DNA of 53,330 nucleotides from a virus (lineage: Duplodnaviria; Caudoviricetes): positions 1 to 53,330 of the IMG/VR virus record IMGVR_UViG_3300032323_001444. One strand, given 5' to 3'. Made by a program: the position numbers and the translations under genes. The notes below the pieces were generated by a model. That model was not told the DNA's origin, did not search any database, and saw nothing but the letters and a program-made list of their open reading frames with translations. Every line of letters begins with the position of its first letter. Position 1 is the stretch's first letter. Below, one piece after another: positions 36,250 to 46,609 of this stretch.

Positions 36250-36287
36250 CATACCTGCAAAGTACTCTACAGTACAATGCAGGTATG
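36250..36287 (+). promoter_or_regulatory. Inverted repeat with embedded -10 over the giant-gene start
   Basis: CATACCTGCA-aa-GTACT-ctac-AGTAC-aa-TGCAGGTATG; TACAAT at 36273-36278. Confidence 0.65.
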
Positions 36288-39200
36288 AATGAACGTCAAC
36301 TCAGACAATATCAATCAATTGCTCCCACTGTTAAAGCTCTGCGGGATTCCCCAGACTTAAGTACTAAAGCAGGTGCGCGAGATTATATTGCTAACGGTAG
36401 TCAGTACGATGACGTCTTATTCTCTAAATCATTCACGCGTAATGTAGATAGGCTCTTCAAGGAAGGCTTAGTAACACGCGACGATAAAGTTACTCTCGCA
36501 AAGTTTAAAGCTAGTCGTGCAGTAGAACTTGTCAACGATCAAGACAAGCGGCAGTACTTCACTCCTGACAATGAGTATCGTCCGGACCTTTCACCTGAAG
36601 CCATCTATGGTCTTCGTCAGTCTGCTAAGCAAGACTTTGGTAAACAGATTCAACAGACTCGCGAAGACGAAGAAGAATATCTAGGCAAACTGAAGTACAC
36701 GCGCGATGACGTGCAACGGTGGAATGATCAACCGTACACATTCCGTGATTTACAGACAGGTTTTGAACAACTTCCAGATGCTGGCGCTGGTGTCATATCT
36801 GGCATGAATAAGCCTATACAGGCAATGATTGAAGGTCGGCAGTCTGGAGATCCTAGCCTAGCCTATCAACAAAGTAACAACCCTCTTGTCGCGGCAGGAG
36901 AAGCATTCGGTACACCATTCCAAGAGCGTGTAGCTTCGATGCCTGGGACTATCTTCGGAGGAACACTCGGTTTCCGTGGAGCCGGCGGTCTAGCTGCGAT
37001 GCTCGCACCAAAGAAGTACAAGGGCGCTGCCTACCTCATGGCTGGCCTAGTTGGTGCTGCTGGTGGTGGAACGTTAGCCACAGACCTTAACTCCAATGTG
37101 AATGATAAAGCATTCGAGTTGATGCTTGGTTCAGCTGCCCTCAAGGCAAAGGAAGATTACAAAGGGCAACTAGCTGCCGACTATCCATTGATGTCGCGTG
37201 CTGGATCTATTGCTGGCGACCTGATGTTCTTTGCACCTAGCCTGAAGATTCCAGGTGTTGGTCTGCGTGAAGCCGCACGTCAGATATCGCAACGCGGTGT
37301 AACTAAAGCGCTGAAGAATACACAAGTACAAGCAACTGTCAGTGATATTGGCGACCGATCCATTGAAGCTGCACAGGGTATGTTTGAATCGTATCAACAG
37401 AGCGAGGCGGCAAAAGCTAAGGGTGGATTTGGATTGTCTCCTCAGGAGATTCTCTTTAATGGTGCAATAGGTGCATTGCTTGGTGGTGAGACACCATTGG
37501 GTAAAGCTTCGTTTGAATTTGCTAACAAGGTAACAGACCCAGCCTACGCACTTAACAAGCTTACAGAACTTCGACAGTCTAGAGAACTAGGTAAGCCAGC
37601 ACGCCCAATCGAGTCAGATATCACACCTTACGGTGGAGATGGACTCGAGCGCCTGAACCTTGGTGGTCGATACACGCCGGGTGTGGACTCTGCGGGTAGA
37701 CCAATACTTGCGGGTGCTGAGTATGCAGTTTATGACCGTGCTAATCGTAAGGCAAGCATAGTAGAAGATATGGCGTTACCTCTCGAGGGACGCCGATCTC
37801 AATATGCCGCCGAGCAATTGCAGACTATGACTGCTTTGTTCCAGCGCCAACCTGTCATTGCATACAGTGATAGGAAGTCAGGTGTAACTCGTAACATCAT
37901 TGGTATATCCAGAGACGCTGGTGTAGTAGTACGTGATGTAACTCCTGATGGCCGAAGCAAGATTATGGTCGTCCCAGTTAGTGCTATCTCCAACAAGAAG
38001 ATTGCAGAGAAACTGGTAGACACAATGTCGGCCCAGGGTGTAGCACCTAACGAACGACCGTCACAGTTTAATCCAGACAACTTTGATAACGCTGACCGAT
38101 ACGTTTACAAGCAGAACATCTATCTTGAAGAAGGCTTGGAGCCAGTTCCTGGTCGTGTTATTAAAGCTGTTGGTGATCCACGCCAGGGAATGTATATTGT
38201 TGGTTTGCCTGATGGTACACACATCCGTGTCAATGAGGGTCAGATCAATATCGATGACACGTCTGGTGCTAAGCCTGAAGTATTAGGCAACATCCGTGAC
38301 GAATACTTCCCTACGTATCTTGGAGAACTTGCACCACAAGAGCGCGTAGGTCGAATGCAATGGAAGTTCTATGATCCAGATTCCAACACAGCTGACGTAA
38401 TAGAACTCACACCAGAACAGAACCGCGCTGTTTCTCGTGCTAGGTCCGCAAAGAGTTACCTGTTCGATAACGCTCGGGCTATTACTGATAAGAAGTCTCG
38501 TGACCTAGCCATCGAGGCAGCACGATCTGAGATAGCTGCTGACGTAGAAGAGGCTATGGGATTTGAGCCTGCCGACGGTAGATTCAAGCGCGCTGATGTA
38601 ATCGACGTTATGACTGCTGAGTTTGGCCAACAGACTGCAATCGTGACGGAACTAACTCCACGCGGATATAAAGTGCGACTCGTTGATTATCCACGTAAAG
38701 CCGCCTTTGTCGTGCAGAATCCCATGGTTGTCGCCGATCAACTAGGTAACCCAATCACTCCAGCTGAAGCAGAGACAATGATTGGAGAGGATGTAGACGG
38801 AGATGGTAGCATTGGATCCGTTTCCGCGCGTACACCTACGGAAGGGGCCGAAGATACTGCTGTAGAGCCAGAGATGACTCCAGTTGAATCACGGGCTACT
38901 GAAGATGTTGATGTTATTGAACTAACATCAGCAACAAAGGGTCGTGTCAACAGCGCATTGCGTAACCTGTTGGAGTCAGAGGACTTCACTGATATGTTCC
39001 CTGAATTGGGAACCGCCGAGCCGGCTGTTGAACCTGAATCCCCTATAGTTGAAGATACTACCGCCGTAGAAGGTGAACCTGCCGATGAAACAGTTGTTGA
39101 GGGTGAACCAGAAATCCTTGGTAGCGATGTATTGCCAATGCGTGAATCAGTTGATACTGATGTCGCAGATACTGAGGCTACGACAGAATTTACATCAGCC

Positions 39201-42200
39201 AGGACATTCAATGTCCGAACCAGATACAAGCACGTATACGGAACTATAGATCGTAACGATAACGGTACCGTCTCTCTACAACTGCGTCTACAAGAGTTTA
39301 ACCCAAAGGGTGAGGTCACTGGCGACTACCGTACAACGTACGCGCTTCGTGGTAATCCAGACGGAAGCTTTAATCTTTACAACTCCATGTCGAGTCCTGA
39401 TGCTACTGGTACTCCAGATGCTGTATATACACCAGCAACCTCTCTGGGGCGTCGTGACGCCATTAATAAGGCTATTCAGTACTCAGTTGCGTACGCTACT
39501 GGCCAGGCAGTACGAGATCGAACGTTTGTCATTACTGCTCATCTTGCAGATTCGACAGCAGATGATGCCGAGAAGGCACGCAAAGCTGCTGAACTTGCAG
39601 ATAAGGCTGAAGCCCGTAAGCGTGAGCGCGAGGAAGCTGAAGCAAAACGTGAGGCCGAGCGCGAGCGTGAGCGTCAGTTCCGTCGTGAGTTGCTTGATAA
39701 GCAATTGGAAGCACGTCGTATTCAAGAAGAAGCTAATCGTGAATTACGTCGCCAACAAATTGAAGTAGACAGAATGAAGGCAGCTAAGACTGCTGAACTT
39801 GAAGCAGCCAAACTTGCTATCGATGAACTTACTGCCAAGTTAGCAGCAGAGCAGACTCGTGCGTCTGACCAACAGCAAGAATTACGCGACGAGTTGGCCA
39901 AGATTAGAACAGAACTTGGTCAAGCAGCCGCTGCGGCAGCAGCTGCGCGTAGCGAAGAGGCGCGTCAGATTGCTGAGGACCTACGTAAGGAGTTACTGGA
40001 CCAGAAGGCGCAATACGAAGCGGCGATCGCAAGTCTACAACGCATCATCGAGAATGGCCGACCACAAACAAGTACAGACCTATCGTCAATGCAGGACTTG
40101 ATTGAGGCGCTTACAAAGGCTATTACAGATGCCAATGAACGATCGGCAAACATAGCGGCTGCGTCAAGTATAAGCGACGCTGCACTGGCAGAGCTTACGG
40201 ATAAGCTAAATAAGTCAATTGAAGAGGCTAAGCGTCGCGAGGAAGCTTACCTAGCTGAGATACAGGCCGCTAAGGACGAACTCGAAAGACTTAAGCGTGA
40301 ACTGGAAGCAGCACGCAATAATGCTGATGATGCTGGTCGTTCAAGAGGTCGGTCACGTCGTCGTGTACGTGAGCGCCCAATGATCGACGAAGCGCCATCT
40401 GATGTCGTTAATAGTCGTGTCATTGAGACTGTATTACTTGATATAGGCGGCGATGTGATGGAGGTTGAGGCAACACCAGTTGCAAACCAACGACAACTAC
40501 AAACTGTACTAGTAGAGCAATATAAATTCAGTAGTGACGGCGCTTACTTCTTTAGTGGTATTGTTGACAACTTTGCCCGTGCGTGGGCTGTGCGACAAGT
40601 CGAGGCAGGTGGCCGTACGGTTTTAGGTACACACTCTGACTTAATGACATCTGGCCGATCTGGTGAAACAGTAGTCGAGGTGACTGATGAAGAAGGAAAC
40701 CTCATTGATGAGATGGTCTACCGGACTATGTTCAACACCGACCCTGCGGTACTAAAAAGCATTGCGTCGTACATGCGCGTGTTCTACAAAGAGCGCCTTG
40801 CTTCCTTTGCTTTCATTAATGACGCAACAAAACTTGATGCCGAAGCCAAGGGGTTTATTTTTACGCGTGCTAAGCAGACCGGCATGTCAACTAACGTCAT
40901 AGTTGGTTTGGCAGCTAGAGATCAGTTGACAGGTATCCATGAAGTAGTTCATGCCCTCATTCGTGGGATGGATTCCGAATCACGTCGTAAATTAGTCAAC
41001 CAACTTAGTAGGGCTGGCATCAACGAGGTTGTTGATATTGATAATCTGCCTGCACATATCGAAGAACAACTGGTAGCCATGATGGTTGCCGATATTCAAA
41101 ACGGTGTGGCGCCGCGTCGTATAGAAGAAGTACTGCAAAAAGACGGAACAAAGGTCCGTAAACAAGTAGCACCTGCTCAAGGCTTAGGGACTGTTTATCA
41201 AGGTACGCGTCGTTACCTGAACAGTGTTATTCAAACAATTGCTGCTAAGCGTCCTATTCGTCGTGGTCCAGACGGTACATACACAGTACGTTGGAGCGCT
41301 CCATATACAGGTGCAAGAATCTTTGCTGGTACGGGATTGCGTATTGATCACAATGGCAAGAAGCAATGGGTTACAGCTAAGAAAGCTATGACACCCACGC
41401 AGGAAGAATTCGACCGCTTCCCTGGGAGCCGTACTCGCATGGGTTACGTTAGTGTTACTGATGGCACTAACGTATTCGATGTACCTGTTACAAGTGTGAT
41501 TGAGTACGGTGGATTGACCAACGGTATGAATGCAAACTTGATGGATACATTGAGTTCATTCATTGGTTCTTACTACTTCGAACACTTGAAGTGGCTGAAA
41601 GCATCTGAACCACAGATGTTTGAAGGTTTCACAGAGCCAGGTGATGATGGGCTTGGCGATACAGGTGGCGATGGAACAGGAGATGATGGTGGCGGCGATG
41701 GCGATGGCACTGGTGATGATACTGGTGACGATGAAGACGGAACTGGTGACGATGAGGATGGCACAGGTGATGATAACACCGGAGATGGTGTATGGATGCC
41801 ACGCGGTGCCACAGGTATTCTAAAGTACGAATCAAACAAGCCATTAACTGCGCGTGATTATGACTTCCCAATATTCCTGATCAAATCCGTGAATATGTCC
41901 GACGCTACGATTGAAGCGTACTCTGACTTTGCTAAGTCAATGGGCGTACCACGCGAAAACGTATTCGTGTTCTCAAACCCGCCAAGGCTTAAGGACTTTG
42001 GACCACTCAATCCAGACCAACAGATATTCTCGATATCAGGATCAAACACCGCACCAATTGGATACGGTGTTGACTTCCGACGTCAGATCATTGAGAAAAA
42101 TCCACGATTCGGACCCGGCATCAATGTACACACGTTAGGGCAATTAATCCGTAGTCAAGAGACAAAGGATGCATACACTAATTTTGCTACCGCATTTGCT

Positions 42201-45200
42201 GATGTCAATGGTGAACTTTTTGATCGTGTAATCAAGATGCGTTACGCGCAGCCATCCACTACCAGTCGTGTTTACGATCCACTGCAAAGTATGTCTAACA
42301 TCCAAAACCTGGCATACATAATGAAGACTGCTGTCGATGGTGCTAGTAGAGATGTGACACCAGAAATGCTCAATGACCTTGAGCCTGTAACTGTAATCCG
42401 ACGTATGTATCGTAACGAAGGATTCTCAGGTCTCGTTCAGCTTGCTTCATTCTTGCATAACAGCCCGTCATTGCGTAATAGCATTAAGCATCCTGTCCTA
42501 CGTAAGTTCTTGTCGAATATGTCTCCTGTGGCAGATCCAGGTAATACGGTCCAACAAACCTTATTGAAGATGATTAACACGCCTGACGTATTCAATACTG
42601 TTCCAGAATACGCAGACGATAATGCGTTCAATGTAAGAAGCACAGACGTAACTCGTGACCAGCTCGTTGCTTTGTATGCTCCATCTCTGAATGACGCTCA
42701 CCTAAACAGATTCCTAGAGGGTCTTGGTGATAACAAGCGACGTGTAGAAAAGTTCAGAGAACCCGTCAAAGACATGATCCAAACGTTCAGAAAGATGTCT
42801 GGATTCAATGAATACATTAACTCAACGCCGGGATCTCGTGCTGCATTAAACAAGCTTGATACTCTTGTTACCGTTGGTGAAGTAGCGTCTGCATTATCGA
42901 TGCATAAAACCATTGGTGAGATGGGTGTCATCCTTAGCCAGCAAGTCGTCCCAGATGGCGACTACAGTAAGTTACATCGTGCATATATGCAACGGCTTGT
43001 CGCATCTGGAATCGAAGCTAATAAGGCTGTAGCAAACATATGGACTCTCAATACCAAAGAAGGTAGAGGTAGTGACTTTGCCTATGCTCCACGTAGTATT
43101 GATGGAGATACATTCACATACCAACGTGTCAAAGGAAGTAGTGACCTACCAAAGGGGACAGTAATAGTAAGCCGTAGTGGTGATGCAAAGCTACGGAAAG
43201 ACGACGGAACTGTAGTCAATCTTCCAGTAAGCAACACTGTCAAAGCGTTATCTGTCAACTCGGGGATCGCAATCCGTGATACTAAGATGCCTATCAACAG
43301 GTATGTACTGACGGCAGCTCACCTAATGGAATTTGGTGGTGAATTCAATAGCGTTATACCGATGTCTCAGTTCATGTTTGAACGAGTTGATTCCGGTGAT
43401 GACATTGTTGCAGGTGACGCATTCATACAGCAGCCTGACATACTGAAGCAAACCAAGATCGGTATGACCCAACTCGCTAAGTCTGATCGTTTGACGATTG
43501 GTACAAACGGTAGAGTAACAGCTGTTCGCGATTATAGAGGTAACTCATCTCACGCCTTCCGTATGATGACTAATGTCATGGGTATGTCTCCAAACCAGGC
43601 TGCCGCCCATTACTCACGTACAGAATCACCAGACTTCAAACAATGGTCTGGAGGTAATCCTCTGGTTGAGTCTGTTTATAATGCTGACATCAGACCAGAC
43701 GTAACCATTGGAGATGTTCCAGCGTCGTATCTTAGTTCAATCCGTAAGTACATGTCGGGTCAGGATGCATTGGCTATTCTTGACGAGATGGCTGACTCAT
43801 CTGTTATCACTGAAGATGATGTTGAATCATTGTCAGTTGCAATCGATGACTTCTATCGAGGTGAGAAAAAGCCTAAGACAATCAAACAGATTGTTGACTT
43901 TGCATCCAAGGATAGTGTGAAGACTGCATCAGTTAAATTTGCTATCCAACAGGACATGAAACAGTCTAAGTTCGATGTTGCAAGGACAGTACTCAAGGAT
44001 GCTACTGCTTACAAAGAAGCAGCCTTGCGTCCTCGAACTGGCAAGCCTTTAGTTACCATTGGATTCGTACCTGATACTGCTACATCTATCTGGTTGCGGT
44101 CCAGCCAGGGATACATCCTTCCATCTGGTGTAGATCGTCTTACAGGCCAAAACAAGAAGATGAAGTATGTCCGTATGGACAACCCAGTCGTTATTGATCT
44201 GAATGGCGGCGGTATGGATGCAGGCACTGTAAGTAAACTGTTGGTCAAACATAAGAACCGTGACGGCATTGTGTTCCTCAATGTGAAGCACAGTGTGGGT
44301 GGAGACAATGCGTTGCAAAACGTAGCTGTGCCACGCAACTCTTATCCTGCACTCAATGTCGCATCATGGACCAAAAAGGATACAGCAAGTAAGGTTACTC
44401 GTATCGCTGAACCAATGACGGTCATGTATGAGCGTGTAGATTCAACAGATGACATGGCATACGATGCAACGCCGGCGCCTATGCCTATCCGAGTTGATTA
44501 CTCTGATATGCGTGGACCGACAATGCCAGAGAAGTTCATCCCGGTAAAGAAACCGGAGAAGTATCAGGTACTCGGGAACATAGTTGACCAGTTCAACGAT
44601 ATCTCGCGTCTCGTACTATCAGCTGACTTTGCATTTACCACATTGCAGGCTGGCCTTATCCTGCTTACCAACCCAGCTGTTGGTATCAAGGCATTGATTG
44701 CTGGCTTCCGAGGCTTCTTCGCACCAAACATGCAACTTGAATTCAATGGTAAGACCTATGGTACTCGTAAGTTTGGACGCGAGGTCTTTCATAAGATCGG
44801 TAACGAACTTCGTGCGATGGATGTATACGAAGAAGCTCGAGAAGCTCAGCTGCCTTTGACTATGTTCACTATCGATGAGCGGCTACGGGATGCACAAGAA
44901 CTCGAGTTATACAACCTGCGCCGCATAAACCCTAACGCTACCATGGACGATGTCAAAACGACGTTGATGGATATCGACGAGCTGGGTACAAATGACGAAT
45001 GGTTCCTTAAAGGCCGTTGGACCCAACACATTCCAGCTCAGGGTATGTTTGAGCGTTACAACGCAATCGTCCACGATATGGTCCTACTGCTACAGTTCGA
45101 CCACATGAAGAAAGCCATCATGGCTCATGGATACATTCCAGGATCCGAGAAGTACAATACTGCGCTTCGTGATTCAGCTCGTATACTTGCGGTTAGTGTA

Positions 45201-46184
45201 GGTGATATCAAATACTCTACTAACAGTGAGACGGACGCCAAAGCGTCACGTATCTTCAAGGTTTTGTTCACGGCGCCACGATGGTTACTATCTAGGGCAT
45301 TGGTCGATCCAATTATCAATAATGTCTTGTCGTCATCATCATTCGGATTCCTACGTAATGTGATGGGCCAGGATAACCCGGTGTTCGATCTATACAAGGG
45401 TGATAAGGCGGCCGCAGCAATTGGTAAGAAGATGTGGGGCCGTATGGCTGGAGCCTGGTTGTTCCTCATGTTCTTCTCGCAGTTGATTGCAGATCGGCTA
45501 CCTGAAGGTACTGAGGTTGAAACAAACACGGACCGCAACTTTGGTCGCATCCGTGTTGGCGACTTCCGTATTGATCCACCAGCTGGTGTTTACGACCACT
45601 ATCGCCTTGCATTCCGACTAGCACAGGCTGCATGGATGGTGACACCATCCGAGCAGAAGAAAGCCAAGGAAGCTGGTACGACTGTTATGCGAGATACATT
45701 CGATGACTTGCATCGTGAGTTCACGTACAAGGCGAGTCCTCTGTACAACTTCATCAGTGGTGCATTCTTTACAGGACGTACTCCAATCGGTGAGCCAATG
45801 TTTGGAGAAAGTGAAAGCTTCTCGTACGTTTACGATAAGTTCGTGAAACCTCGCCTGATCGAGATCAATGGTGGTTACAAACCATGGATGGATGATGTTT
45901 CGGTTTCGAATGCATTCATTGAGCGCTTCCCGACCGCGGTAGCAACAGTCCTTGACACTATGTCTGCAACAGATAAGTTCGAAGGTAATACAGCGGCTTA
46001 TACTGCTGCAAGTCAAATGCTCAACAGCTTTGGACTCAAGGCTGAGATTAAGCCACAGAAAGCAATCAAGGAACGCAAGCAGGAAACAAACCTTTACACC
46101 GCAGAGGAAACACCTAATATTCTTGACCTACTCAAGGGTGGGAAGTTAGGTAAGGCAATAACAGGAGGTACCTATGACCAGTAA
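36285..46184 (+). CDS. 3299-aa large polyvalent / ejection protein
   Basis: Uninterrupted ORF; coiled coil, HEVVH zincin motif (40938-40952), acidic GD repeats, ART-PolyVal-like remnants, hydrophobic segments near both ends. Confidence 0.8.
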   Translation: MNERQLRQYQSIAPTVKALRDSPDLSTKAGARDYIANGSQYDDVLFSKSFTRNVDRLFKEGLVTRDDKVTLAKFKASRAVELVNDQDKRQYFTPDNEYRPDLSPEAIYGLRQSAKQDFGKQIQQTREDEEEYLGKLKYTRDDVQRWNDQPYTFRDLQTGFEQLPDAGAGVISGMNKPIQAMIEGRQSGDPSLAYQQSNNPLVAAGEAFGTPFQERVASMPGTIFGGTLGFRGAGGLAAMLAPKKYKGAAYLMAGLVGAAGGGTLATDLNSNVNDKAFELMLGSAALKAKEDYKGQLAADYPLMSRAGSIAGDLMFFAPSLKIPGVGLREAARQISQRGVTKALKNTQVQATVSDIGDRSIEAAQGMFESYQQSEAAKAKGGFGLSPQEILFNGAIGALLGGETPLGKASFEFANKVTDPAYALNKLTELRQSRELGKPARPIESDITPYGGDGLERLNLGGRYTPGVDSAGRPILAGAEYAVYDRANRKASIVEDMALPLEGRRSQYAAEQLQTMTALFQRQPVIAYSDRKSGVTRNIIGISRDAGVVVRDVTPDGRSKIMVVPVSAISNKKIAEKLVDTMSAQGVAPNERPSQFNPDNFDNADRYVYKQNIYLEEGLEPVPGRVIKAVGDPRQGMYIVGLPDGTHIRVNEGQINIDDTSGAKPEVLGNIRDEYFPTYLGELAPQERVGRMQWKFYDPDSNTADVIELTPEQNRAVSRARSAKSYLFDNARAITDKKSRDLAIEAARSEIAADVEEAMGFEPADGRFKRADVIDVMTAEFGQQTAIVTELTPRGYKVRLVDYPRKAAFVVQNPMVVADQLGNPITPAEAETMIGEDVDGDGSIGSVSARTPTEGAEDTAVEPEMTPVESRATEDVDVIELTSATKGRVNSALRNLLESEDFTDMFPELGTAEPAVEPESPIVEDTTAVEGEPADETVVEGEPEILGSDVLPMRESVDTDVADTEATTEFTSARTFNVRTRYKHVYGTIDRNDNGTVSLQLRLQEFNPKGEVTGDYRTTYALRGNPDGSFNLYNSMSSPDATGTPDAVYTPATSLGRRDAINKAIQYSVAYATGQAVRDRTFVITAHLADSTADDAEKARKAAELADKAEARKREREEAEAKREAERERERQFRRELLDKQLEARRIQEEANRELRRQQIEVDRMKAAKTAELEAAKLAIDELTAKLAAEQTRASDQQQELRDELAKIRTELGQAAAAAAAARSEEARQIAEDLRKELLDQKAQYEAAIASLQRIIENGRPQTSTDLSSMQDLIEALTKAITDANERSANIAAASSISDAALAELTDKLNKSIEEAKRREEAYLAEIQAAKDELERLKRELEAARNNADDAGRSRGRSRRRVRERPMIDEAPSDVVNSRVIETVLLDIGGDVMEVEATPVANQRQLQTVLVEQYKFSSDGAYFFSGIVDNFARAWAVRQVEAGGRTVLGTHSDLMTSGRSGETVVEVTDEEGNLIDEMVYRTMFNTDPAVLKSIASYMRVFYKERLASFAFINDATKLDAEAKGFIFTRAKQTGMSTNVIVGLAARDQLTGIHEVVHALIRGMDSESRRKLVNQLSRAGINEVVDIDNLPAHIEEQLVAMMVADIQNGVAPRRIEEVLQKDGTKVRKQVAPAQGLGTVYQGTRRYLNSVIQTIAAKRPIRRGPDGTYTVRWSAPYTGARIFAGTGLRIDHNGKKQWVTAKKAMTPTQEEFDRFPGSRTRMGYVSVTDGTNVFDVPVTSVIEYGGLTNGMNANLMDTLSSFIGSYYFEHLKWLKASEPQMFEGFTEPGDDGLGDTGGDGTGDDGGGDGDGTGDDTGDDEDGTGDDEDGTGDDNTGDGVWMPRGATGILKYESNKPLTARDYDFPIFLIKSVNMSDATIEAYSDFAKSMGVPRENVFVFSNPPRLKDFGPLNPDQQIFSISGSNTAPIGYGVDFRRQIIEKNPRFGPGINVHTLGQLIRSQETKDAYTNFATAFADVNGELFDRVIKMRYAQPSTTSRVYDPLQSMSNIQNLAYIMKTAVDGASRDVTPEMLNDLEPVTVIRRMYRNEGFSGLVQLASFLHNSPSLRNSIKHPVLRKFLSNMSPVADPGNTVQQTLLKMINTPDVFNTVPEYADDNAFNVRSTDVTRDQLVALYAPSLNDAHLNRFLEGLGDNKRRVEKFREPVKDMIQTFRKMSGFNEYINSTPGSRAALNKLDTLVTVGEVASALSMHKTIGEMGVILSQQVVPDGDYSKLHRAYMQRLVASGIEANKAVANIWTLNTKEGRGSDFAYAPRSIDGDTFTYQRVKGSSDLPKGTVIVSRSGDAKLRKDDGTVVNLPVSNTVKALSVNSGIAIRDTKMPINRYVLTAAHLMEFGGEFNSVIPMSQFMFERVDSGDDIVAGDAFIQQPDILKQTKIGMTQLAKSDRLTIGTNGRVTAVRDYRGNSSHAFRMMTNVMGMSPNQAAAHYSRTESPDFKQWSGGNPLVESVYNADIRPDVTIGDVPASYLSSIRKYMSGQDALAILDEMADSSVITEDDVESLSVAIDDFYRGEKKPKTIKQIVDFASKDSVKTASVKFAIQQDMKQSKFDVARTVLKDATAYKEAALRPRTGKPLVTIGFVPDTATSIWLRSSQGYILPSGVDRLTGQNKKMKYVRMDNPVVIDLNGGGMDAGTVSKLLVKHKNRDGIVFLNVKHSVGGDNALQNVAVPRNSYPALNVASWTKKDTASKVTRIAEPMTVMYERVDSTDDMAYDATPAPMPIRVDYSDMRGPTMPEKFIPVKKPEKYQVLGNIVDQFNDISRLVLSADFAFTTLQAGLILLTNPAVGIKALIAGFRGFFAPNMQLEFNGKTYGTRKFGREVFHKIGNELRAMDVYEEAREAQLPLTMFTIDERLRDAQELELYNLRRINPNATMDDVKTTLMDIDELGTNDEWFLKGRWTQHIPAQGMFERYNAIVHDMVLLLQFDHMKKAIMAHGYIPGSEKYNTALRDSARILAVSVGDIKYSTNSETDAKASRIFKVLFTAPRWLLSRALVDPIINNVLSSSSFGFLRNVMGQDNPVFDLYKGDKAAAAIGKKMWGRMAGAWLFLMFFSQLIADRLPEGTEVETNTDRNFGRIRVGDFRIDPPAGVYDHYRLAFRLAQAAWMVTPSEQKKAKEAGTTVMRDTFDDLHREFTYKASPLYNFISGAFFTGRTPIGEPMFGESESFSYVYDKFVKPRLIEINGGYKPWMDDVSVSNAFIERFPTAVATVLDTMSATDKFEGNTAAYTAASQMLNSFGLKAEIKPQKAIKERKQETNLYTAEETPNILDLLKGGKLGKAITGGTYDQ

Positions 46185-46344
46185 GAAGACTGCTGCACAT
46201 CCCGGATTCAAGGCTGTGCAGCAGAAGATCGCTAAGAAGCAGGGGATTCCAATGGATCGTGCTGGTGCGATTCTGGCGTCAGCATCTCGAAAGGCCGGTC
46301 CCGCCGCCAAACGAAAGAACCCGAGGCTGAATAAGGTTCGATAA
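46174..46344 (+). CDS. 56-aa basic protein (MTSKKTAAHPGFKAVQQKIAKKQG...NPRLNKVR), below ORF-track cutoff
   Basis: AGGAGG RBS; HPGFKAVQ...AGAILAS motif recalled from other phages. Confidence 0.7.
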   Translation: MTSKKTAAHPGFKAVQQKIAKKQGIPMDRAGAILASASRKAGPAAKRKNPRLNKVR

Positions 46345-46609
46345 GTATTGATATCCCTGGGGCTAGAGCTACTTCATCGACTGCCAAAAAGTCTGGTATG
46401 TCATCATAGTTGATGCGAAGTATCCCTAGCCTTAGGGCTGCATGCCATGGGGTCCTTGTACCTGTCAGGTAGTAGACCTTACTTATGTCATCCCTGATGC
46501 GCCGGTGGCTGATGCCTAACCGTTTGGCTGCCTCAACCCGATCGTTGCATAGCACGCATGTTATAAGGACTATGCGTAGCCAGGGTGTTAGACGTTTTAC
46601 TTCTCTCAT
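46232..46609 (-). CDS. LuxR-like HTH protein
   Basis: RLTP...AAKRLGISHRRI...ISKVY...ALRLGI; ATAG overlap with dnaB. Confidence 0.6.
   Translation of the reverse strand: MREVKRLTPWLRIVLITCVLCNDRVEAAKRLGISHRRIRDDISKVYYLTGTRTPWHAALRLGILRINYDDIPDFLAVDEVALAPGISILIEPYSASGSFVWRRDRPFEMLTPESHQHDPLESPAS

Noticed and set aside
36285-46184. Giant ORF as tape measure protein or virion RNA polymerase; internal antisense ORFs such as 38738-39319
   Set aside because: No tail tube or chaperone genes and no polymerase motifs recognised; antisense ORFs are shadows
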